Below, piece by piece: positions 32,932 to 42,034 of a stretch of DNA of 64,000 bases. Each line of letters begins with the position of its first letter. Positions within the stretch are counted from its first letter, which is position 1. The notes beneath the pieces are model-generated. The model did not search any database. It saw only the letters and a program-made list of their open reading frames with translations, and was not told the DNA's origin. A program made the position numbers and the translations under genes. Source of the DNA: Perkinsela sp. CCAP 1560/9 (Eukaryota; Protista; Euglenozoa: Kinetoplastea); NCBI GenBank assembly GCA_965644495.1, contig CBFFSA010000006.1, forward strand, positions 744,001 through 808,000. Direction: 5' to 3'.

Positions 32932-33783
32932 ATGAACGCTGAGACGCTACGCAACGTCACGATGGGCCAAAAAATAGGCTCCGGGACCTTTGGCTCTGTC
33001 TACGCAGGTCTTATGCCCGATGGTCGCCTGGTTGCCGTGAAAGTGATTCCCCTGGAGTGTGAGCCGGACTCGGAACCTAACTCCCTGGTAGAGAAAGAAG
33101 TCCAGCTCCACAAATCCCTTTCCTCTCCCTACATTGTGCGCTACCTCGGGTCTCTCCGTGAGCCCCCCTCCCCCCACACCCTCCCCGCCCCCTCCCTGCG
33201 TGTGTTTCTCGAGTTCGTCTCCGGGGGTTCGGTCCGGGGGTTAATGAAAACCCTCCCAGAGGGTCGGCTTCCTTTTGCGGTTCTCCGGGTCTACGCGCGG
33301 CATCTGTTTCGAGCACTCCACTACCTCCATTCTCGAGACATTGCCCATCGTGATGTAAAGCCCGACAATGTGTTAATTTCTGCTGAACAAGGGATTGCGA
33401 AACTTGCGGATTTTGACCAGGCTCGGGTCATGGGCACCCAGGGGATTGCCCAGACTCTGGCCGGGACGCCGTTCTGGATGGCTCCAGAGGTGATCACCGA
33501 GGAACTTGGGTATGATCCTGGAAAGGCAGATATCTGGTCCGCGGGGTGTACCGTAGCGGAGATGTTTAGCGGCCACCCCCCGTGGCGTTCCCCTCCTGCT
33601 CGAAACACTATGGCACTGGTGGCGACGATTGCGCGTAGCCAGGGGTGGCCGAATCAAATTGACCGTGGAGCCCTGCCGCCTGTGTTGGAAGGTTTTCTAG
33701 AGGGGTGTTTGAGGCGAGACCCGTTGAAGAGGTGGACCGCGGCAGAGTGCCTGGAGCATGCGTTTTTGCAAGAGACGGAGTAA
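32932..33783 (+). CDS. STE11/MAP3K-like Ser/Thr protein kinase
   Basis: GSGTFG, VAVK, FLEFVSGGS, HRDVKPDN, DFD, GTPFWMAPE, DIWSAGC. Confidence 0.92.
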   Translation: MNAETLRNVTMGQKIGSGTFGSVYAGLMPDGRLVAVKVIPLECEPDSEPNSLVEKEVQLHKSLSSPYIVRYLGSLREPPSPHTLPAPSLRVFLEFVSGGSVRGLMKTLPEGRLPFAVLRVYARHLFRALHYLHSRDIAHRDVKPDNVLISAEQGIAKLADFDQARVMGTQGIAQTLAGTPFWMAPEVITEELGYDPGKADIWSAGCTVAEMFSGHPPWRSPPARNTMALVATIARSQGWPNQIDRGALPPVLEGFLEGCLRRDPLKRWTAAECLEHAFLQETE

Positions 33784-33983
33784 GGGGGTGGGGGGCGAGT
33801 AAGACGGGGTAGGGTTTTGTAGGTCGCACATTAGGGAATGATAATGTGTCGGTAAAAGAGCTGTAGGCATAATAAGGTTGAGTTTCTTTATCATTAATGT
33901 TTTGACGCAAATTGATTTTGTATCTGTTTTTCAGAAGCTAGTTCATGGCTTTTTAAAAATTATTAGACAATAGATCTTTGACT

Positions 33984-35081
33984 ATGCCCGACAATGATAA
34001 ACCAGACGAAGAACTTATAATACAAGTACTCCGCTCTGAAAACTATTATCACGTTTTAGGTGTTACTGTTCGTGCAACAGAGGAAGAGCTACGCGTGGCT
34101 TACAAAGAACGAGCCTTGCGACTTCATCCGGATAAAAATAAACATAAAAAGGCAGAAGAGGCATTCAAACGAGTTGGTCGTGCGTACGCAACACTTCGTG
34201 ATCGAGAAAAACGAAGAGCATACGATATGGGTTCATCATCTCCTGATACTCCCGCACGCAGGAGTTACGCATTTCGCTCCTCATCACAGATTCCGCACTC
34301 TGATGAATTCTTCTTTCGACTTTTTGAAGAAATGTTTTACGGGGGAAACGGAGGAATTTCACCTGAAAACACACTTCGTTCGTTTTATTTTACACAACAG
34401 TTCGACTCTCCTTTCGTTAGGAGGCGTTCATCGGTTGGTACAGAGCAGACACCACATTATGGCGTAGGAGGTGCATTTCTTCATCAAGTTTTGCCGTTCA
34501 TTCTGTTTCTTACCGCTTTCTTATTGTCGAAAGGGATTTTACTTGAACCTACCTCTTTTTCAAGCGAGCCACACCGGGTTCCATCCTTTAGCTTACAAAA
34601 TCAGACCGGCTATTCACATCTCATGCGTACATCAACGCTAGGATCAGGCACCCATCTCATTTATTACACAGACGAAAAAGTTCCGGACCCAAAAACCTCA
34701 GCTGACCGCCACATGCTTCGTACTTTAGAGGATCAGGTCCTTCGAGAAACTTTTGATTCGTTAGAACTTTCTTGTGCAATTCAGCAATGGGAACGATTTG
34801 AAGTGGAAGAGCGCCGGATATCTCACCTTTTCAAGGATTCGACTTCCGACTCGGAAAATGCAACTCAATCAGTTAATGACAAGCAATGGGCGCATGAACT
34901 CCTGCTAGATCTGGAGCGGTACCAGGCACTGGCCCCTTCCCTCTCACAGCTCAATCAAACGGTACTGGAAGGTAGCACTCGAAAGCAGTGCCGAACTGCC
35001 GCTAGATATAAAACCGTAGTGCGGAGTCAATGCGATGCTTGCGGGCGGTTAGATTCCTTACGGCGATCACTAACGTATTAG
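33984..35081 (+). CDS. Membrane J-domain protein (DNAJB12/14-like)
   Basis: LHPDKNKHKKAEEAFKRV followed by a single TM segment. Confidence 0.85.
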   Translation: MPDNDKPDEELIIQVLRSENYYHVLGVTVRATEEELRVAYKERALRLHPDKNKHKKAEEAFKRVGRAYATLRDREKRRAYDMGSSSPDTPARRSYAFRSSSQIPHSDEFFFRLFEEMFYGGNGGISPENTLRSFYFTQQFDSPFVRRRSSVGTEQTPHYGVGGAFLHQVLPFILFLTAFLLSKGILLEPTSFSSEPHRVPSFSLQNQTGYSHLMRTSTLGSGTHLIYYTDEKVPDPKTSADRHMLRTLEDQVLRETFDSLELSCAIQQWERFEVEERRISHLFKDSTSDSENATQSVNDKQWAHELLLDLERYQALAPSLSQLNQTVLEGSTRKQCRTAARYKTVVRSQCDACGRLDSLRRSLTY

Positions 35082-35318
35082 ATCGGTACGGTTTTTCTTG
35101 GGGAACGAGAAATTTTTGCTTCAGAATTGCGCACTACAACTACGCAATTCTCTGTTCTTTCTAGTATAGTGCAATTTTTTTTCTTTTTTGGCTTCTTGCA
35201 TCTCAAATTACTACTGTTGGTGATGTCTAATCGTTTCAACACGCTTTTCATATAACGGAATGTGTTTGTGATTCATAAGTATTCTTAGATCCTCTTTTAT
35301 TTGCATATCATTTTTTTA

Positions 35319-35864
35319 ATGTCGAATGATATATCGCAAACCTTGTCTCGAATTCTGGCAGGGAGGAATCATTTTGAAACTCTTGGCGTCATGAACATTG
35401 ACGCATGTACTGCGGACGAAGTTAAAAAAACATACAGGCGTTTAGCTGCGTTCGTACACCCTGACAAATGCACCGACTCTAGAGCCCACGAAGCCTTTTC
35501 AAAAATTGAAAAAGCGGCCAAGATATTGATGGACGAGGGCACACTTTCTCGCATTCGAGACCAAATACGAAGAAAACGGTTGCGAGAGGAAGAGCTCGGA
35601 GATTTTGATCCTTCTATGCGAAATAAATCTTCAGGCACAAGATCCGCGTCAGTGTCGGATGCTCTCGAGCAGGCTAAGCAAAGGCAGGAGACAGAGACCT
35701 ACAAACGCATGCTTCGTGAGCAGCGTGAGCGTGCAGAACACAAAAGAAATTTGAGTCAAAGAAAACAGGAGGACAAAGTTCTCAATGAACAACTTGGCAA
35801 AAATCTACGGAATTGGAAATCTCATCAGCACAAGCACTCAATTCACAGGTCTGGGTTTCTTTGA
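35319..35864 (+). CDS. Small J-domain protein (DNAJC8-like)
   Basis: VHPDKC, followed by a charged coiled-coil. Confidence 0.8.
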   Translation: MSNDISQTLSRILAGRNHFETLGVMNIDACTADEVKKTYRRLAAFVHPDKCTDSRAHEAFSKIEKAAKILMDEGTLSRIRDQIRRKRLREEELGDFDPSMRNKSSGTRSASVSDALEQAKQRQETETYKRMLREQRERAEHKRNLSQRKQEDKVLNEQLGKNLRNWKSHQHKHSIHRSGFL

Positions 35865-36018
35865 TACGGTTGCTTACGCTCAATGCACGATTAGGTTAAT
35901 AAAAAATGGGTTGAAAATAATTAAATTTGAAACTCACATCAAGGTGGAGCAAAAGAAAATATTTATTGACACTTAATTAGCTTTGCTTTTTTTGCTCAAG
36001 AAATTATTCTCGGAGTGC

Positions 36019-36663
36019 ATGCCCCGCTTTTATTCTTCTCCGAATATTTTGGCTCCACACATTCGTCCTCGTAGAGCTTTTACTCTTCCCGTTATGCATA
36101 CTATAGAGAAGCCATACTGGCAAAAAATCAAAGATTCTTTGGATGAGCATCATGACAGCAACTGTGCACTTTGTAAGGTAGGCTTCTTTCCCTTTTATTA
36201 CTACGACGTTTTCGATTTTTGCGCACCAGAAAAGGGAAAGGGCGGTTTACACGGACAACAAATTCTTCGCAAAATTTTGCCCGTTTGTTTTGATTGTCTC
36301 ACTGTGTGTAACTTAGGGTATGGTCCCGATACGTACCAACCACGTTTGCCTAGCGCAGTTGATCTTCACCTACAAATTGACCGCTACCTTGATCACATTA
36401 GGAAGTTTCGCGGGATTTCTGAAACAGAAGCCATGGAAGAGCTTGAAAAGACACGTGGGATTCAGGAAGACTTTTCTGACGTCGAGAAATGGGAGTACAG
36501 TGTGACGGAAGAGTTTGAACCTGTGTTGCGGAAAGGTTTGTCTACGCGCACTAGCAAAAACTACAAAGAGTCGATTCTCTCCTGTTTACTGCGGGGCGAT
36601 ATTAAATGCCTCAAACAGACTCATAAATTTGATAACTATTTTGCTTCACGTCCTTGGTGGTAA
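36019..36663 (+). CDS. Zn-binding HNH-endonuclease-like protein, probably inactive
   Basis: W..IK...CALC ... Q.L....VCFDC..V..LG ... HI....G ... W pattern recalls a phage/giant-virus HNH family. Confidence 0.55.
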   Translation: MPRFYSSPNILAPHIRPRRAFTLPVMHTIEKPYWQKIKDSLDEHHDSNCALCKVGFFPFYYYDVFDFCAPEKGKGGLHGQQILRKILPVCFDCLTVCNLGYGPDTYQPRLPSAVDLHLQIDRYLDHIRKFRGISETEAMEELEKTRGIQEDFSDVEKWEYSVTEEFEPVLRKGLSTRTSKNYKESILSCLLRGDIKCLKQTHKFDNYFASRPWW

Positions 36664-37070
36664 TTGAAAATTTGGCATCATGTTTGAAAATATTTCCGAT
36701 CAAAATTGCATGGTAAGTTTGATCTTCACACATGTACTTATTTATTTCGCCCTTTTATAAGTGCTTCTGTTTTGTGTGAACTATATCTTATTTGAACTAC
36801 CTGCTCAATATTTCCATTGTAGAATTCCTTTTCAAGATCTATTCGAAGCCATAAGATGTTGGACTTGCTTAAAATGTCACTTGTATGGGTCGAAATGAAA
36901 TGCATGATTCTTAGATCTTCCCAATAACCTTTGTTCAATTTCGAATTAGCTCTTGAATGCGCATTTTTTTCTTTTCTTGATTATCATCACACCTGATCAC
37001 ATACGATCTTCCCCTACATTTTTTCAAAGCTCTTTTTTCTTTTCTTCACCACACTCGTACTTTCTCTCCC

Positions 37071-37730
37071 ATGGGTCGCCGTCCCTTCCGCTGCTACCGT
37101 ATGCAAAAGAACAAGCCCTACCCCAAGAGCCGTTTCTGTCGTGGTGTCCCGGATGCCAAGCTTCGTATTTATGATATTGGCAAACGTCGAGCTGGGGTTG
37201 AGGAGTTCTCCCACACCGTCCACATCGTATCCATGGAGAAGGAGCAAATCAGCAGCGAGGCACTCGAGGCTGCGCGTATCCAGTGCAACAAGCACTTGGT
37301 GAAGACCGCTGGCAAGGACGGGTTCCATATTCGCATCCGTGTCCACCCCTTCCATGTGCTTCGCATTAACAAGATGTTGTCCTGTGCCGGGGCAGATCGC
37401 CTGCAGCAAGGCATGCGAAAGTCCTATGGAAAGCCCATCGGGACTGCCGCCCGGGTGTCGATTGGACAAGTGCTGTTCTCCGTTCGTACAAAGCCGCAGA
37501 ATGTTGTACATGCCGTGGAGGCGTGTCGCCGTGCTAAGTTTAAGTTCCCGGGGCGCCAAGTGGTGTGCACCTCCCAGTTCTGGGGGTTCACGAAAGTACC
37601 GCGAGAGGAGTTTGAGAACGCGATGCGAAACAAGGAGGTCGTCCCGTGTGGCTCTCACGTGACGGTGGTTCGCGCGAAAGGAACGCTGAATGCGCAAAAT
37701 GTGTTCGCAAAGACGGAAAGTGTGTGCTAA
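37071..37730 (+). CDS. RPL10: 60S ribosomal protein L10 (uL16)
   Basis: [38 protein letters not shown]. Confidence 0.98.
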   Translation: MGRRPFRCYRMQKNKPYPKSRFCRGVPDAKLRIYDIGKRRAGVEEFSHTVHIVSMEKEQISSEALEAARIQCNKHLVKTAGKDGFHIRIRVHPFHVLRINKMLSCAGADRLQQGMRKSYGKPIGTAARVSIGQVLFSVRTKPQNVVHAVEACRRAKFKFPGRQVVCTSQFWGFTKVPREEFENAMRNKEVVPCGSHVTVVRAKGTLNAQNVFAKTESVC

Positions 37731-38089
37731 AAAGTATCTAGCGTTTCGGAGTGGCGAAGTTCGAAGTTAGAAAGGGAAATGGGACTATCGGGAAAGTATG
37801 ATTTCAGAGTACAAAATATGTCGTGTAGACAACTTGCGTAGCAACGTGAAGTAATATTTTCAGAATATACACATGATAGTGTTTTGAAATGCTAGTTTAA
37901 ATATCGTGGTTTTACATTCTTGTGAACTTACATGATTTAGTGTGGAATGTACTAACTCTTTACTAACGTTGAGAAACTGTTTTTTAGATACTTTATTTTT
38001 TAACCATTTTCTCGTTTCGAGGTCCCCTTCCCGGCGTCCTTCTGCGCTCTTCCGCGCCCGTAACCAACACTCCTACCGCTCGCTTACAC

Positions 38090-38118
38090 AATCGATTCTT
38101 TCCCTTTTTTCTCCCCAG
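38090..38118 (+). promoter_or_regulatory. Polypyrimidine tract and AG, putative spliced-leader trans-splice acceptor of the FRD gene
   Basis: TTCTTTCCCTTTTTTCTCCCCAG ending 16 nt before ATG 38135. Confidence 0.6.
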
Positions 38119-38134
38119 ACGCAGTTCTTCGACA

Positions 38135-41100
38135 ATGATTCACGCCGTAAGTAGCGCCAGCGTCTTGGAAAGAGATCCGGCTCAGTTAGCGCTTGCTCGC
38201 ACTGCCCTAGCAAAGGCTCAGCTTGAGGAATCGAACCAATGCTCTCCGTCTCTGGAGCGCGCAGGGTACTCAACGCAGATTTTTCGAGGAGTGGAATTTG
38301 GTATGCGTTACGTATTGAAAGTAATTTGTGAAGCAAAATTTCGTGAACAACTTCAGAATGTCTTGGATGAGGGCATATCATTGACAGATCTTGTTTTAAA
38401 CCGCTTCAACGTAAACAGCGAGGTTGCCGCTATTAACAACTTGCCCGCGGAAGGTTCTCATAAGTACTCTGCGCATATGGGTCAAGCACTAGTTGTTGCT
38501 CATCGTGTAGGAAAAGCGTCTTCTGGGGTTTTTGACATCGGGTGTGGGCCTGCTATTCAAAGACTGCGGGAATTTGTGGAGGAGCATCGCCGCTTGCCTT
38601 TGGAAGATCAGGAATGGTCCAAAATCCGTGAAACCGTCCGATACGCTTCTTTTTCTGAAGGATTTTCCGTTGACACCGCACAGGGTATCATCTTTAAAAA
38701 GCACGCCGAGGCTTCTTTGGATTTCGGAGCTCTTTCCAAAGGTTTTTGTGTAGATTACGTAATTGAAAAATTGATGGATCTTGGTTTCGTCAACAGCTTG
38801 TTTGAATGGGGAGGTGAAGTGCGAGCGTGTGGTCGTGGACCATGCGGAACTCCGTGGCGGGTAGGAATATTGCGACCTCCATCTATAGAAGAGATTTCTA
38901 CAGCTAAGGATAAAAACGAATCGGACGAAAAGAGCTACATTTCTATTTGCGAGCTTTTCGATGAAGCGCTTGCCACTTCTGGGGACTATGAAGGATTTCT
39001 TCCGAGATCAAAAATCACCACCTCTTTCGATCCTAAAGCATTTACTTTTCTAACGCCCACGGAGCACGACATTTCACTTGTTACAGTGAAATCAACAAGT
39101 GCTATGTTTGCGGACGCTGCGGCTACTTCAGCCTTGTTGCTTGGCAAGCTATCGCAGGCTAGGCAGTTTCTCCATACCCAAGTACCCTCTTTCCCTATGC
39201 GGGACTACCTGATGTATCTTCGAGATGGAGAGCGTCTCATTCGCAAGGGTGATGCTGGCATAGAGACTGTGGAGCTTCGAAAGCAACGACTGGAACATGT
39301 CTTGCCTAGCAAAGTGATCGTAGTAGGCGGAGGTCTGGCAGGTCTGTCGGCCGCAATTGAGGCAGCACATTGCGGTGCAGCCGTCACATTGCTCGAAAAG
39401 ACTTCCCAAGCGGGAGGAAACAGTGCAAAAGCCACCAGCGGGATCAATGGTTGGGGCACTGAACCGCAATCCGCCTTGCATATCGAAGACAGTGCGCAGC
39501 TATTTGAGCAGGACACTATACGTTCTGCTAAGGGTGGTCTGAATGATGAGGGACTGACCAAAATGCTTTCCATCAAAAGCTCTGAAGCGATTCACTGGCT
39601 GATGAAGCAGTTCCATCTTCCTCTGCATATCCTTTCGCAGCTTGGCGGGCACAGCGTTCCCCGTACGCACCGCGTTGCTGATCAGAGCGATGGAACTCCG
39701 GTTCCCGTTGGGTACACTATCATGCAGGCTTTAATTCGATACGCTCAGGAGGAACTTTCGACGCGTCTTGCAATTGTTTGTAACACTCACGTAACGTCTC
39801 TTATTACGGAGACCGTGGAATGCGAAAATTCAAATGAAACGTACACAGAAGTTAAGGGCGTTCGTTGTCAGTGCGAAGATGGAGTACGTGAAATAAGAGC
39901 AGACTCTGTCGTTCTAACTACTGGCGGTTTCGGTTGCGATCATACTTCCAGTTCATTGCTCGAGGAGCATGCTCCTCACCTCACGAAAACGGCAACCACC
40001 AATGGTGATTTTACAACAGGTGACGGTATGAAACTTGCTAAAGCGATCGGAGCATCACTCGTTGACATGGACAAAGTACAACTACATCCGACCGCCTTCG
40101 TTGATCCGAAAGATCCTTCTCATCCAACAAAATTTTTGGGGCCTGAGGCTCTCCGTGGCTCTGGTGGCATTTTGCTCAATACTCAAGGGAAACGCTTTGT
40201 GAATGAGTTGGATCTCCGTAGTAAAGTTACTCAGGCGATCCAAAGTCAAGGTGACATTTATCCCAGTTCATCATGCCATTACGCATATTGTGTTCTCAAT
40301 GCAGCGGCTATTAAGAAATTCGGGCCTGCGCAGCTGGGCTTTTACAAAAATGAAAAGGGATTCTTTCAGGATGCTGAAGATGTGTGCCAGATCAGTAAAA
40401 TCATCGGATGCCCCGAAGAAACAGTACGACAAACACTTTTGGATTATGCTCATGCATGCAAGGAAGGAATATGCTCCTTGACACAAAAACGGGCCTTTCC
40501 CGTGTTGGTCGATGATGTGGGCCCTTACGTCGTGGGTGTTATTACTCCTGCTATTCACTATTGCATGGGAGGTATTCAATTCACTCCATCATGTGAGGTA
40601 CAATCCACTGAGGTGACCAGAACAGCCAACTTGAAGTCTTCTACAAAATCGATTCTTCGATTATTCGCAGCTGGGGAAGTCACCGGTGGTCTTCACGGAG
40701 GAAATCGACTGGGTGGAAATTCTCTTTTGGAATGCGTTGTCTATGGGCGTATCGCCGGTGATCGAGCCGCCGCCGTCTCACAGCGTTCCTTCCGTGGCCT
40801 CACTTCCGAGTGGCATCCCGTTGTGCTACGAGAGAGATATGAAGGTACGGAGTACGGCAAAGGCTCCGTTGTGCTTCGCTTTAATCTTCCAAGTTCTGTC
40901 CAAACTTCTGGCTTGGAGATTGGACAATTTGTTGAAATACAAGGTGAATGGAATGGGCAGGAGCTTCTTGGATATTACAGTCCAATTTCTCTTCCTAAGG
41001 AGCGAGGAGTAATTGGTCTCTTAGCGCGAACCGACAAGGGCACCTTAAGTGAGTGGGTAAATGCTCTGCACCCGGGGACTACGGTTCTCATGCGACGGAG

Positions 41101-41587
41101 CGGTGGACCAAAGCTTCATTGTGATCCACAAGTACCTGCACTCCTATACAACAAGAAGGCTTTGCGAAGTGTTTGTATGATTGCGGGAGGAACTGGAGTT
41201 GCTCCAATGCTACAGTTAGCTCTTGCCGTGCTACGACCACCATTTTCCAGCACATTGGAGAGCCTCACACTGATTTATGCTGCCGAGACCGTCGCTGAAC
41301 TCTCTTTTGCTGAGTACTTGCGCTCTCTTGCGGAAAAGCATGCGAATTTTAAAGTGTACTTTGTCGTTCGCAACGCTCCTCCTGGGTGGACTCAGGGTGT
41401 AGGTGTAGTGGACAAAAGTATTTTAGCATCTCAGTGTCCGAAACCAGACGAGAAACTATTGGTTCTCCTTTGTGGCCCCCCAATTATGCAGCGTATCATA
41501 TGGAAGAATCTTGTACAAGATGGTTACTCCGCTGATTCAATTGCTTTTGTGGATGGTACAGAGAAAGAAATGCTGGGAGATAAATAA
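38135..41587 (+). CDS. FRD: NADH-dependent fumarate reductase (ApbE + flavoprotein + cytochrome b5 reductase domains)
   Basis: DFGALSKGFCVD and ATSGDYE (ApbE); GGGLAG, NSAKATSGING, QLHPT, HYCMGG, HGGNRLGGNSL (FRD); AGGTGVAPM and CGPP (cb5R). Confidence 0.96.
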   Translation: MIHAVSSASVLERDPAQLALARTALAKAQLEESNQCSPSLERAGYSTQIFRGVEFGMRYVLKVICEAKFREQLQNVLDEGISLTDLVLNRFNVNSEVAAINNLPAEGSHKYSAHMGQALVVAHRVGKASSGVFDIGCGPAIQRLREFVEEHRRLPLEDQEWSKIRETVRYASFSEGFSVDTAQGIIFKKHAEASLDFGALSKGFCVDYVIEKLMDLGFVNSLFEWGGEVRACGRGPCGTPWRVGILRPPSIEEISTAKDKNESDEKSYISICELFDEALATSGDYEGFLPRSKITTSFDPKAFTFLTPTEHDISLVTVKSTSAMFADAAATSALLLGKLSQARQFLHTQVPSFPMRDYLMYLRDGERLIRKGDAGIETVELRKQRLEHVLPSKVIVVGGGLAGLSAAIEAAHCGAAVTLLEKTSQAGGNSAKATSGINGWGTEPQSALHIEDSAQLFEQDTIRSAKGGLNDEGLTKMLSIKSSEAIHWLMKQFHLPLHILSQLGGHSVPRTHRVADQSDGTPVPVGYTIMQALIRYAQEELSTRLAIVCNTHVTSLITETVECENSNETYTEVKGVRCQCEDGVREIRADSVVLTTGGFGCDHTSSSLLEEHAPHLTKTATTNGDFTTGDGMKLAKAIGASLVDMDKVQLHPTAFVDPKDPSHPTKFLGPEALRGSGGILLNTQGKRFVNELDLRSKVTQAIQSQGDIYPSSSCHYAYCVLNAAAIKKFGPAQLGFYKNEKGFFQDAEDVCQISKIIGCPEETVRQTLLDYAHACKEGICSLTQKRAFPVLVDDVGPYVVGVITPAIHYCMGGIQFTPSCEVQSTEVTRTANLKSSTKSILRLFAAGEVTGGLHGGNRLGGNSLLECVVYGRIAGDRAAAVSQRSFRGLTSEWHPVVLRERYEGTEYGKGSVVLRFNLPSSVQTSGLEIGQFVEIQGEWNGQELLGYYSPISLPKERGVIGLLARTDKGTLSEWVNALHPGTTVLMRRSGGPKLHCDPQVPALLYNKKALRSVCMIAGGTGVAPMLQLALAVLRPPFSSTLESLTLIYAAETVAELSFAEYLRSLAEKHANFKVYFVVRNAPPGWTQGVGVVDKSILASQCPKPDEKLLVLLCGPPIMQRIIWKNLVQDGYSADSIAFVDGTEKEMLGDK

Positions 41588-42034
41588 TTTGCATCCTTAT
41601 TTTTCTTTCATATTTTAACTCGGGCGTCGTTCGTTTGCTATTTTCTTGGGATCTTACTTGGCTACTCGGTAGCCAGGTTTACTCAGTAACTAAGTACTGC
41701 ATTAAAGATAAACTAGATTTATCCTTGAAGACTTTTTGGGCTACTGCTATTTGGATGCTTCCGTCGAGGGGGCTTTTTCATGGGATGCGATACATTTTCT
41801 TGTGTTCATAAGAAAATATCCTGTGCTAACGGCGAATTGAATTTGTTTTTGTTCCAATTTCCAGTTTTTGCAATATGGCCCATATTGCATTATGGGCCAT
41901 AATGGGCCATAGAGGATAATGCAGCATTTGTTTTTGCGTTTTTTTCAAAATTATTCTAGCGCTTAAACGTTTTTTGTACGTTGTATTTTCTTTCAATTCG
42001 CTTTTCTTTTTTAGTGGCCTTCTTTTACATCTAC

